38,263 nucleotides of DNA from Octopus bimaculoides (Eukaryota): NCBI RefSeq assembly GCF_001194135.2, contig NC_069008.1, positions 17,744,054-17,782,316 of the forward strand. The letters are read 5' to 3'. Below are positions 23,474 to 33,764 of the stretch, piece after piece. The notes beneath the pieces are model-generated. The model searched no databases and was not told the origin of the DNA. It saw nothing but the letters and a program-made list of their open reading frames with translations. Both the position numbers and the translations under genes were made by a program. How positions within the stretch are numbered: position 1 is the first letter of the stretch; the number at the start of each line of letters is the position of its first letter.

Positions 23474-23614
23474 CAGCAGGCTTCTTTCAGTTTCCATCTA
23501 CCAAATCCACTCACAATGCTTTGGTTGGTCCAAGGCCATAGTAGAAGACATTTGTCCAAGGTACCATGCAATGGGACTGAACCAGTAACCATGTGGTTGG
23601 GAAGCGAACCTCTT
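23474..23614 (-). mobile_element. SINE family A 5' half
   Basis: ggcttctttcagtttccatctaccaaatccactcac...gggactgaacc. Confidence 0.85.
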
Positions 23615-24499
23615 CCTCTCTCTGTGTATGTGTGAGTATATATATACACACACACACACACACACATGTATGAGTGAGTGTGTATAAGGACCCCACCCAA
23701 ATGGAACAGAAATATCTTCAAAACAAAATCCCTAAAATTCAAACCCTCCTCCTGAAAATATGCAGTCTATCTGTAGAATTCCAAAAGAATTCTAGAAACT
23801 CCAGTTGGTATCCACCCTTCAAGTACCCAGCAACACCACCCCAGTCAGCCCTCTCCACCAGAAATACCAGGCAAAAATGCAGTAACTCCAATTTAAACAT
23901 CTCCGACAAGACCTCAAAACCTAAATAAGTTATTTTATCCGTTTAAAATCTCGTTTTATCTCCTCCTGCACTTAACAGTTTAATGCCATCCTATCTTCGT
24001 TAACAGCAGTGTTTATTATTATTATTGTTGTTGTTGTTGTTGTTGTTGCTGCTGCTGAGGTCAACTTCACTTTTCGTCGCCCCAGACTTGATAAAAGTGC
24101 TGGGATTGATAGTATGGAATCAGACGCCATTGAACAGCACTGAGATGGCCAGTGTTTTTTCTTCTTCAGATCTCCGTGAGGTCAACTCTGCTTTTTTGTC
24201 CATTTAACAAATTTGATATCCTAAAATCTAGGTTCCACATAAGATGCATTGATATTGGTGCTAGGGCCATGTAAAAAGCACTGGTGAATGGCGCTGGTGT
24301 TGGTGCCACCTGAAAAGCACTGGTGCTGGTGGCACATAAAAGGCACTGGTAATGGTAGCTTTCTCTCCTTCTCCAACTGGGGTACCCTTGTATCTCTTCT
24401 ACAGCAAGACTCCTATTTCTCTCTCTCCCTCTATTATTCTTTTAACCTCTCATCAACTGGCACAAAAGCCACCTCCCTAAATACTACCCCACTTCCTCA

Positions 24500-24680
24500 G
24501 GCAAGGGGGTGATCTGTCTTGCAATTGACTTGGTGACCCCCCACAGGTGCTGATGCCACGGAAAAAACCCCCACCCAGTCCACTCTGTAAATTGGTTGGC
24601 GTAGGGAAGGGCATCCATCCATAGAAACCATGCCAACACAGAGAACAGAACTATGCACACATGATGATGATGATGATGAT
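24500..24680 (+). mobile_element. Diverged RTE 3' UTR fragment
   Basis: ggttggcgtagggaagggcatcc...(ATG)n tail. Confidence 0.7.
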
Positions 24681-24867
24681 TACAGCAATCCTGAGTGAGT
24701 GGACCAATCAAATGTGTCCAAGCCTTGACCACCCCATCTGCTGTTAAGGCATAGTGCATCTAGGACTACATAATCTAATGTGTGATTTCTGGTACCTTAC
24801 CTCCAAGACCAGCCCTGATCCAGCAGACCTCCAAATATGACCATCTTGTCATATCTTAATAAAAGGA

Positions 24868-24954
24868 ACAGGAGTGGCTGTGTGGAAAGAAGCTTGCTTG
24901 CTAACCACATGGTCCCGGGTTCAGTCCTACTGCATGGCACCTTGGGCAAATGTC

Positions 24955-25014
<60 letters not shown>

Positions 25015-25243
25015 GATGTATGTATTTGTGTGTGTGTGTTTGGATACATATTTGTCTCCCCACCATCGCTTGGCAACTGATGTTGGTTGTGTTTAGGTCC
25101 CTGTAACTTAACAGTTCAGCAAAAGAGACCGATAGAATAACTACTAGGCTTACAAAGAATAAGTCCTGGAGTCAATTTCTTCAACTAAAGATGATGCTCC
25201 AGCATGGCCGTAGTCAAATGACAAACAAGTAAAAGAGTAAAAG
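24868..25243 (+). mobile_element. SINE family A with the central domain deleted
   Basis: Head and 3' body are present, joined by an expanded (TA)n. Confidence 0.88.
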
Positions 25244-25760
25244 CCATCCATCCATGACCATCCCATCTTTTATTAAGGCATAGCCTATCTAGGACTACAT
25301 TAATCAAACATCATTCCTCGTTTTTTTCCTCCCTTTCTTTTAATACAGCAATGTATGATATGAGAAAGATTTCACTGCTATTTCTAGCAAATCCCACGAC
25401 CACGTAGAACCCACCCTCCTCTGAGTCGATTCACTTTACCAAATGTAGGAATTCTCTGCTGGTGCTGCTCTCTAAGACTCCCATTCTTGTTTATAGTCGA
25501 ATTCTGAGGCAGACTGTTACGAAGATAAGGCAGGCGCACACACAGGAATGGCATTTGAGATTAAATTATGTTTAAAAAGGTTATCACATGGACGATAAAG
25601 ACTTAGCAACTAATGTATGCATGTAGATATGTATATATACTTCATTGATTATATACATACATATTATATACATAAATGTATATATATGCATGTGTGTGTG
25701 TATACATATATACCTGTATAAGTATTTATACATGTGTGTGTATGTGTGTGTGTGTATATA

Positions 25761-25989
25761 TCATCATCATCATCATCGTTTAACGTCCGCTTTCCATGCT
25801 AGCATGGGTTGGACGGTTTGACTGAGGACTGGTGAAACCGGATGGCAACACCAGGCTCCAGTCTGATTTGGCAGAGTTTCTACAGCTGGATGCCCTTCCT
25901 AACGCCAACCACTCAGAGAGTGTAGTGGGTGCTTTTACGTGTCACCCGCACGAAAACGGCCACGCTCGAAATGGTGTCTTTTATGTGCC
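25761..25989 (-). mobile_element. Young RTE LINE 3' end, runs into an assembly gap
   Basis: About 98% identical to 7178-7362. Confidence 0.9.
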
Positions 25990-26433
25990 NNNNNNNNNNN
26001 NNNNNNNNNNNNNNNNNNNNNNNNNNNNNNNNNNNNNNNNNNNNNNNNNNNNNNNNNNNNNNNNNNNNNNNNNNNNNNNNNNNNNNNNNNNNNNNNNNNN
26101 NNNNNNNNNNNNNNNNNNNNNNNNNNNNNNNNNNNNNNNNNNNNNNNNNNNNNNNNNNNNNNNNNNNNNNNNNNNNNNNNNNNNNNNNNNNNNNNNNNNN
26201 NNNNNNNNNNNNNNNNNNNNNNNNNNNNNNNNNNNNNNNNNNNNNNNNNNNNNNNNNNNNNNNNNNNNNNNNNNNNNNNNNNNNNNNNNNNNNNNNNNNN
26301 NNNNNNNNNNNNNNNNNNNNNNNNNNNNNNNNNNNNNNNNNNNNNNNNNNNNNNNNNNNNNNNNNNNNNNNNNNNNNNNNNNNNNNNNNNNNNNNNNNNN
26401 NNNNNNNNNNNNNNNNNNNNNNNNNNNNNNNNN

Positions 26434-26493
<60 letters not shown>

Positions 26494-26736
26494 CATATAT
26501 AAATGTTTATATGTGTGAGTGTATATATGTGTGTGTGGTGTGTGTATATGTGTGTGCATGTGTATGCATACATATATATGTGTATATACACGTGTGTGTG
26601 TGTGTGTATATAAGTGCATACACATATACAAGAGCATATACACGTGTGTGTGCATGTATATATATGTATAAGTGCATATACATATATATATATATGTAAG
26701 TCTATACACACACACACACCTGTGTGTATACTAGAT

Positions 26737-26767
<31 letters not shown>

Positions 26768-26887
26768 AATGCATGCATGTACACATACAGAGCATAAAAC
26801 ATGAAATATCTTGTTTCATTCATTGGACTTTGCCCATGCTGGGGCACCATCTTCAAGAGTTTTGTCAAATGAATAGAGTTCATCTAT

Positions 26888-27560
26888 TTAAAGGCTGTAT
26901 ATGGTTATGGTGCAGCCACACTTGGAATTTGCATCACCTGTCTGGAACCCCTATCTTGCTCAGAACATTGACCTCCTGGAAACTGTTCAGAAGCATCTAC
27001 CATAGGCATCTACCACATTCTAAACGCCTTGCTTCCCTACATTGAAGCTCCGACGTCTGGCAACTGACTTAGTAAACACCCACAAAATTATTAACCACCT
27101 TGAGCACTTTTTTGAAGCTCCATGTGTCTAATACACATGTGGGCATGCTCTACAAAGTCAGAAAACAGCACAGCTCCCATGACTTTCAGAAACATTTCTT
27201 CACACTCAGAGTCGCTGAAGCATGGAACAAACTACCAGCATCAGTTGTTAGTTGCCAAGACATTGCTTCCTTTAAATCCTCCATGTTGCCTGAAATTCAC
27301 CAACACAAAACATGATATCCCCCCCACCCGCCACTCCATACGCATGCACACCTGTCTGTCATGACTCTTACACTTTCCTGACTTTTGCGCATGATTCTGT
27401 CCTGTAGATGCACCTTTGATGAGTTGTGGTGCACCTGAGCACTATACACAATCATTTCATTGTTATAAGGTAAAACAATATTTGCGAGATTCTTTACTTG
27501 TGTGTTGAAGCTTAGTTTGTTGTGTCTGGGGAGAGTCATTCTGTTTTAACGTCTTATTAA
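26888..27560 (+). mobile_element. 5'-truncated CR1-clade LINE (RT-ORF C-terminus plus 3' UTR), frameshifted
   Basis: RLYMVMVQPHLEFASPVWNPYLAQNIDLLETVQK / RHLPHSKRLASL / LKLRRLATDLVNTHKII / HFFTLRVAEAWNKLPASVVSCQDIASFK. PHLEYASPVW, RRLxxDL and FFxxRVxxxWNxLP are CR1/L2-group C-terminal motifs. Confidence 0.9.
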
Positions 27561-27561
27561 T

Positions 27562-27595
<34 letters not shown>

Positions 27596-27954
27596 GTTCA
27601 GTTTCCACTCATTTACTTAGAAAAAGAAAAACGTAGCTCCTACAACAAACAGAGTCAACAACTATTGAAGAGGTTGCAAGAAACAATGAAAATTTGTATA
27701 AAAACAAAAAAGTAAACGAGTGGAAATTGAACCAGTGTGTGTGTTAATTAAGAAAGCATTAACACACGACTCGCTCCAGACATAAATAATTAAAACAATA
27801 CCTTTTCTCATTATAGACATCGCTTTGCATAGTTTACCTAACTTCCTACCTGCATTGCTCAAAAGATGTTTTATCAAACGCTCGTCTCATATACTGCAAT
27901 GCTTCAAACAAATTATCATACACTTTTGAAAGTAAATAAAGTGGAAAAACTCAC

Positions 27955-28022
27955 TGATTCCATGTGGAAAAAGAACAACGGAATTAATGAAAGGTAGGGA
28001 AGAGCCAATTGGATGTACTCAC
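27955..28022 (-). other. AG|GT recursive-splice-site-like junction (28023/28022) with a 68-nt candidate RS-exon
   Basis: Minus strand reads ctaat-ccgttttccttttctttcttttacag|GTGAGT. A second donor TCA|GTGAGT is at 27954 and a third, CAG|GTAGGA, at 27849. An ATG at 27963-27961 gives ATG GAA TCA before the second donor. Confidence 0.5.
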
Positions 28023-28119
28023 CTGTAAAAGAAAGAAAAGGAAAACGGATTAGATAATAGAAATATTAATTATATAGACAGGTGTGATCTAATGATAAAC
28101 AAGTAAAAGACAAAAGCTA

Positions 28120-28207
28120 CAGTGAAAGACAGTTGCCCAAGACGAGGTGCCACGCAGTGAGACTGAACCACAACATTAAGAAGCAAACTTCTTAACCAAA
28201 CAGCCAT
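28120..28207 (-). mobile_element. SINE family A head fragment
   Basis: ttgcccaag...ggtgccacgcagtgagactgaacc...aagcaaacttcttaacc. Confidence 0.8.
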
Positions 28208-28367
28208 TTTTTTTTCTTCGTTTTGATATTTTTTCTAGTCCCCCATCCCCCCTCTTTCATATTTCCCATCCTCACCCACGGAGCAATTTTTAATTAATTA
28301 TAAATGTCTGACCTCTTGCATTAAAAATATGTCATTCCCTATTTAAATAATTACCACACTGTCTTAG

Positions 28368-28595
28368 TTGCATTATGTTAGTGACAGAACCAACGAGAAT
28401 AACAGCACCAACAACATCATGTCCACAGATTCTAACCAGATGCTGGGACAAACCGAAGTTGGCACCATCTGCAAAGACTTGGGATGGGTAGCATTGGCCA
28501 TGGTGGTGGGGTTGCTTTTTTTTTTTTTATCTTGTGTGATTATATTTCTGGCTGTCAAGAATAAGAAAACAAAATTCATGGAAAAGAGAAAATAA
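28368..28595 (+). CDS. Candidate terminal coding exon (or 58-aa microprotein from MSTDS) of a single-pass membrane protein: N/S/T-rich stalk, TM helix, basic tail
   Basis: The ORF starts exactly after acceptor cactgtcttag| in phase 0. It reads LHYVSDRTNENNSTNNIMSTDSNQMLGQTEVGTICKDLG-WVALAMVVGLLFFFLSCVIIFLAV-KNKKTKFMEKRK*, with N-glycosylation sequons (NNS/NST), a 24-aa hydrophobic helix and a positive-inside tail. AATAAA overlaps the stop. Caveat: the FFF stretch comes from a T13 run. Confidence 0.5.
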   Translation: MHYVSDRTNENNSTNNIMSTDSNQMLGQTEVGTICKDLGWVALAMVVGLLFFFLSCVIIFLAVKNKKTKFMEKRK

Positions 28596-28598
28596 ATG

Positions 28599-28877
28599 TT
28601 AGGCGCTGGCACGTCTGTGTGGTAAGAAGCTTGCTTCCAAGCCACATGGTTCTGTGTTCAGTCTCGCGGTGTGGCACTTCAGGAAAGTGTTTTCTATTAT
28701 AGTTTTGTGCCGACCAAAGCCTTGTGAGTGGATTTGGTAGACAGAAACTGAAAGAAGCCCATTGTGTGTGTGAAGACCCATAACAGTTCAGCTGAATAGA
28801 CTGATAAGTACTAGGCTTCAAAAGAATAAGTCCTGGGGTCGATTTGTTTGACTAAAACCCTTCAAAGTGGTGCCCCG
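28599..28877 (+). mobile_element. SINE family A (internally deleted), starting 3 nt after the TM-ORF stop
   Basis: Head, central domain and partial 3' body. Confidence 0.88.
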
Positions 28878-28883
28878 AAGAAA

Positions 28884-29440
28884 GAAAGGTGGACATGGTT
28901 AGCCATGGCGAGAACGTCCATGGAAAAAGGCAGACATGGTTAGCCATGGCGAGAACGTCCATGGAAAAAGGCGGACATGGTTAGCCATGGCGAGAATGTC
29001 CATGGAAAAGCTTAATAACATCTGGAGCAGCAAAAGGTGTCCCAACTCATTTAAAAACAAGGCTGGTGCAGGCATTTGTTTGGCCTGCAAGCTTTTATGC
29101 CTGGGCTTTGAACAGATTTGAACATAATGTGTTTGAGGTGTGAGTGAACAGGAGGATGATATGTGTCACTTAGAAGGGCCATTGGACAAATGGACGAGTG
29201 TTACAAGAAGAAGGGGAAAGACGAGAACAAGTGAACAATGTGGATAAACAAAAGCTCATCTGTTATGGTCATACTTGAAGGAGGTGAGTTCTGAAAAACT
29301 ATCATGGAAGGAAGGGCTGAGGGTAAGTAGATCAAGGGGCAGGCAAAGAATGCAAAGGATGGACAATATCATGAGAGGGTTGGATAAGAGTGGCAAGGAA
29401 GATGGAGAACTAGAGATTAATAGGGAAGACTAGACTGTAA
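28884..29440 (+). mobile_element. Old RTE-group LINE C-terminal remnant (a different family from 17583) with a 41-bp triplication at its 5' end
   Basis: Across frameshifts: RRTWLAMARMSMEKLNNIWSSK...KTRLVQAFVWP...KQKLICYGH...KTIMEGRAEG...SRGRQRM, matching the RTE pattern RRIAMA...KL..IW...YFGH...IMEGKxEGxRxRGRQR. Confidence 0.75.
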
Positions 29441-30184
29441 TTGTATTGCTATCAGTGTCCTACAAGTGTACAATACATGACAACAACAATATGTGCCTAT
29501 GTTTAGCTCTCGGTCAGCAGACCTACAATTGAAGAACTTCCTTCCATGACGACCTCCTCTTGGTAGTGTTGATTTTGTTTAATCCTAGGTTAGTCCTGAT
29601 GAAGCAGACCTACAACCGAAGAACTGCCATCTGTGGCCATCCAGTCTTTTTTTTTTTTTCTTCAGACATAGATAAGACATCTACTACATCATCTTTTATT
29701 TCTCTCACACACTGTACTGTGGCCATACTGGAGCAGCACATCAAAGGATTTAGTTTAACAAATCAACTCTAGTACTTAGTAAGTTTGCTGCTTATTCTGT
29801 CAATCCCTAAGCCAAACTGCTAAGTCATTTTCTTAATATGGTAGACAAATCTTATTTGGAGATTTCACTGCTCTTTCTAGCAGACTGAGAAACCACATAT
29901 AGGCTCGAATGGTTGTAGTGAGGGTGTATTTGTCTGACCACACATAGCAGCTGTGGTTTTCATTTAGCCCCAGGTCAGTCCAGATGAAGTAGGCTCATAA
30001 CTTATGTATTTCATCTGCCTTTACGTTCTGAGTTCAAATTCTACCAAGGTTGACTTTGCCTTTCATCTTTTCGGGCTCAATATTTCAGGCCTTGTGCCTA
30101 GAGTAGAAAAGAAAGCTTAATTAATCCACGGTGGTACCACACAACCTTAAGCTTTCTCTGTTCGTTTAACCAAGCACTTTGCAG

Positions 30185-30327
30185 TTGGTATTTGGTGCAT
30201 TCCCCACCCCACTCGGCACCAGCTCTAGAGAGGTTGTTGAGGACGCCAATCACTGGACAGACAGCTCAGTGGTGGTGCTGGAAGGGGGGACTGCTAGGGC
30301 TGGCGGTGGTGCTGGTGGGTGCTGGTG
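30185..30327 (+). other. Weak candidate exon (143 nt, two open frames)
   Basis: Acceptor gctttctctgttcgtttaaccaagcactttgcag| and donor GTG|GTGAGT; GC-rich unique sequence; no recognisable domain. Confidence 0.25.
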
Positions 30328-30627
30328 GTGAGTATTGGTGTCACTATGGCACCAGCACAGTAAGAGGTGGCGGGGGAGGCCTTTCACACAATATATCAAG
30401 TACTGAGGAATGTAAGGTGTGTGGACAAAGTGGGGGGGGGGATTGAGAGAGAACAATGAAAGCAGGAAAATGAGAAATGTGTGATTAAGGAGGGGTGCAA
30501 CAATGGGTGAACTCAATATACTCAAAAATCGGGTCGCATGCACAGGTTGGTCAGATGATTAAGGAAGGGGAATAGTGAAAAGGAGTAATGACATCAGCAA
30601 GACCAGGACAGGTGGGTGGTGTCATTG

Positions 30628-30835
30628 TCATCATCATCATCGTTTAACGTCCGTTTTCCATGCTGGCATGGGTTGGACGGTTCGACTGGGGTCTGGGAAG
30701 CGCCAGGAGGCTGCACCAGGCTCCAATCTGATCTGGCAGTGTTTCTACAGCTGGATGCCCTTCCTAACGCCAACCACTCCGAGAGTGTAGCGAGTGCTTT
30801 TTATGTGCCACTGACACAGGGGCCAGAGGAGCTGG
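30628..30835 (-). mobile_element. RTE LINE 3' end, sister subfamily
   Basis: (CAT)n cgtttaacgtccgttttccatgctggcatgg...ctacagctggatgcccttcctaacgccaaccactcc. Confidence 0.88.
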
Positions 30836-31469
30836 CATCAACCCTGATCGGAATTGATCCACTTGACTAAAAATTCTTCAAGGCAGTGCCCCAGTATGGT
30901 CGCAGTCTAATTACTGAAACAGATTAAAGATAACAAGATAAAGCGGTGCCAGTTTTGGAAACCTGAAGAAACCAAATATCTTGTTACAGACTGAAGAACG
31001 AAGTCCAAAATTAAACCAAAATCCAGAATGGTTCTGAAGCTGTTTTTCTCTAAGAATTCTTTTGGAGGCCAACAGATAAAAACTCTATTTTTATGGAAGA
31101 AAAATGCGCAATGTTTATAGAATGGTGGTTTGTGATGGAAGGGAGGTTTGGCGTATAATGGACAATGGTTTATTAATGCTGGAGTGGCATGGATGGGTGG
31201 GTGTGATGGGGTGTCTTCAGATAACTTATAGACTATCTTTGAACATAGGTTACTGTTTCTTGTCTGTACCAAAGATGGACAGACACCCTCTATATGTATA
31301 CACACACATATATAGATACACACATCTACACACACAACTATACACATATATAGACACATCTACACACACATATACAGACATCTACACACACATATACAGA
31401 CACATCTACACACACACATATACAGACACATCTACACACATCTACAGACACATGCACATATATAGACAC

Positions 31470-31505
<36 letters not shown>

Positions 31506-32119
31506 NNNNNNNNNNNNNNNNNNNNNNNNNNNNNNNNNNNNNNNNNNNNNNNNNNNNNNNNNNNNNNNNNNNNNNNNNNNNNNNNNNNNNNNNNNNNNNN
31601 NNNNNNNNNNNNNNNNNNNNNNNNNNNNNNNNNNNNNNNNNNNNNNNNNNNNNNNNNNNNNNNNNNNNNNNNNNNNNNNNNNNNNNNNNNNNNNNNNNNN
31701 NNNNNNNNNNNNNNNNNNNNNNNNNNNNNNNNNNNNNNNNNNNNNNNNNNNNNNNNNNNNNNNNNNNNNNNNNNNNNNNNNNNNNNNNNNNNNNNNNNNN
31801 NNNNNNNNNNNNNNNNNNNNNNNNNNNNNNNNNNNNNNNNNNNNNNNNNNNNNNNNNNNNNNNNNNNNNNNNNNNNNNNNNNNNNNNNNNNNNNNNNNNN
31901 NNNNNNNNNNNNNNNNNNNNNNNNNNNNNNNNNNNNNNNNNNNNNNNNNNNNNNNNNNNNNNNNNNNNNNNNNNNNNNNNNNNNNNNNNNNNNNNNNNNN
32001 NNNNNNNNNNNNNNNNNNNNNNNNNNNNNNNGTGTGTTTGTTTGACGTCACATCACCCAAAGTTGAATAACATCACAAACAGGAGGATTGCTGCTCTCAT
32101 TCAATTTGGCAACTGCCCA

Positions 32120-32160
<41 letters not shown>

Positions 32161-32390
32161 TATGTGTGATATACTCAGAAACCCACGTAGATATGTATCT
32201 GCTTGATGCCATCTGTATCACTGTAGTGTACGACTCAGTCAGATGGCACAAATCTAATAATTGCGCATTCAACCAAATGAAATTTAATAACTATACTCCA
32301 CCACGTGTACTGAGTACTTCTACCTTTTAGCTTTCACCAAAACACACAATGCTTGTTTTTATGTCAAGTTATACATATATATATATATAT

Positions 32391-32560
32391 TCTTTTATTT
32401 GTTCCAGCCATTTGACTGTAGCCATGCTGGAGCACGGCCTTTAGTCAAACAAATCAACCCCAGGACTTATTCTTTGTAAGATTAGGACTTATTCTATCAG
32501 AGCTATTTGCCAAACTGCTAAATTACAGGGATGTAAACACACCAACATTGGTTGTCAAGT
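32391..32560 (-). mobile_element. SINE family A 3' half
   Basis: Reverse complement of the family A tail and body. Confidence 0.85.
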
Positions 32561-32681
32561 AAAAGAATAAAGGAGTGTGTGTGTGTGTGAGAGAGAGAGA
32601 GAGAAAGAGAGTGTGAGAGAGAGAGAGAGAGAGAATGTGTGTGAGAGAGAGAGTGTGTGTGTGTGTGTGTGTGTGTGAGTG

Positions 32682-33000
32682 TGCATGTGGCTGAGTGGTT
32701 AGGGCATTTGGGTCATGATTGTAAGGTCGTGAGTTCAAATCCCAGCGCCACATTGTGTCCTTGAGCAAGGCCCTTTATTTCACATTGCTCCAGTCCACAC
32801 AGCTGGCAAAAAAGGAGTAGTGCCTGTACCTCAAAGGGGCCAGCTTTGTCACACTCTGTGTCACGCTGAATCTCCCCGAGAACTGCATTAAGGGTACACA
32901 CGTCTGTAGAATGCTCAACCCCTTGCACGTTAATTTCACGAGCAGGCTGTTCCGTTGATCGGATCAGCTAGGATCCTCGTCATAACTGACAGAGTGCTCC
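32682..33000 (+). mobile_element. tRNA-derived SINE family C, near full length
   Basis: Box A TGGCTGAGTGG, box B GAGTTCAAATCCC, core tgtccttgagcaagg...atttcacattgctccagtcc. Confidence 0.88.
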
Positions 33001-33074
33001 TAAGTATATATATANNNNNNNNNNNNNNNNNNNNNNNNNNNNNNNNNNNNNNNNNNNNNNNNNNNNNNNNNNNN

Positions 33075-33109
<35 letters not shown>

Positions 33110-33764
33110 AGGTGTACAGATGAAAGGAAATCTCACTGCATTGGATTTGAACTCAGAACAGAAAGGTCCATAATTAAATACCACAAGGTATTTTGCTTAA
33201 CGCTACAATGATCCTGGCAACGGGACAACTCAGCGCTAATGAAGATAACAGAAAGAATTTTAAGAAACCTGATTCGTTGAAGTTTAATTAAATAATTAAC
33301 TAGCAAATATTTACTTATGAACTGATGGAAAAGACACACGTACACACATATATCATGCATGCATACACACACGTGTGTATATGCACACATACATACCTCT
33401 ACATCCACACACGCACACACCCCCACGAGAAACCTTCAATATTTATGTTATTTATCCAACTCGTTTGTAAACGTAACCTATTTACGCAGCTCTGTGTGTG
33501 TGTTTGTGTGTGGGTGTGTGTGTGTGTGTGGATGCATATATTAGTGTTTGTGTGTGTGCGTATAAGCGTGGAGGGTGCGAGGCAAGTGAGAGAGAGGAAA
33601 GGGGCCCTCCACTCCCGTTTCCCGAAATTCTAAACATTCTTTACAAACTCCAAGTGCGTTGTTAATATCATTCAGCTTGATTCAGTGCGGAGAACAAAAA
33701 GGCAAAACAAACGTATAAAAGGCCAAGCACCACTCCCTGGATTCAAATTCCACCTAATTCTATC

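Noticed and set aside
23674-23928. 84-aa ORF in unique sequence
   Set aside because: No recognisable motif and no convincing splice sites.
24791-24803. Donor-like GAG|GTAAGGTACC on the minus strand, identical to the 9175 donor context
   Set aside because: Lies within repeat family I with no upstream acceptor; treated as coincidence.
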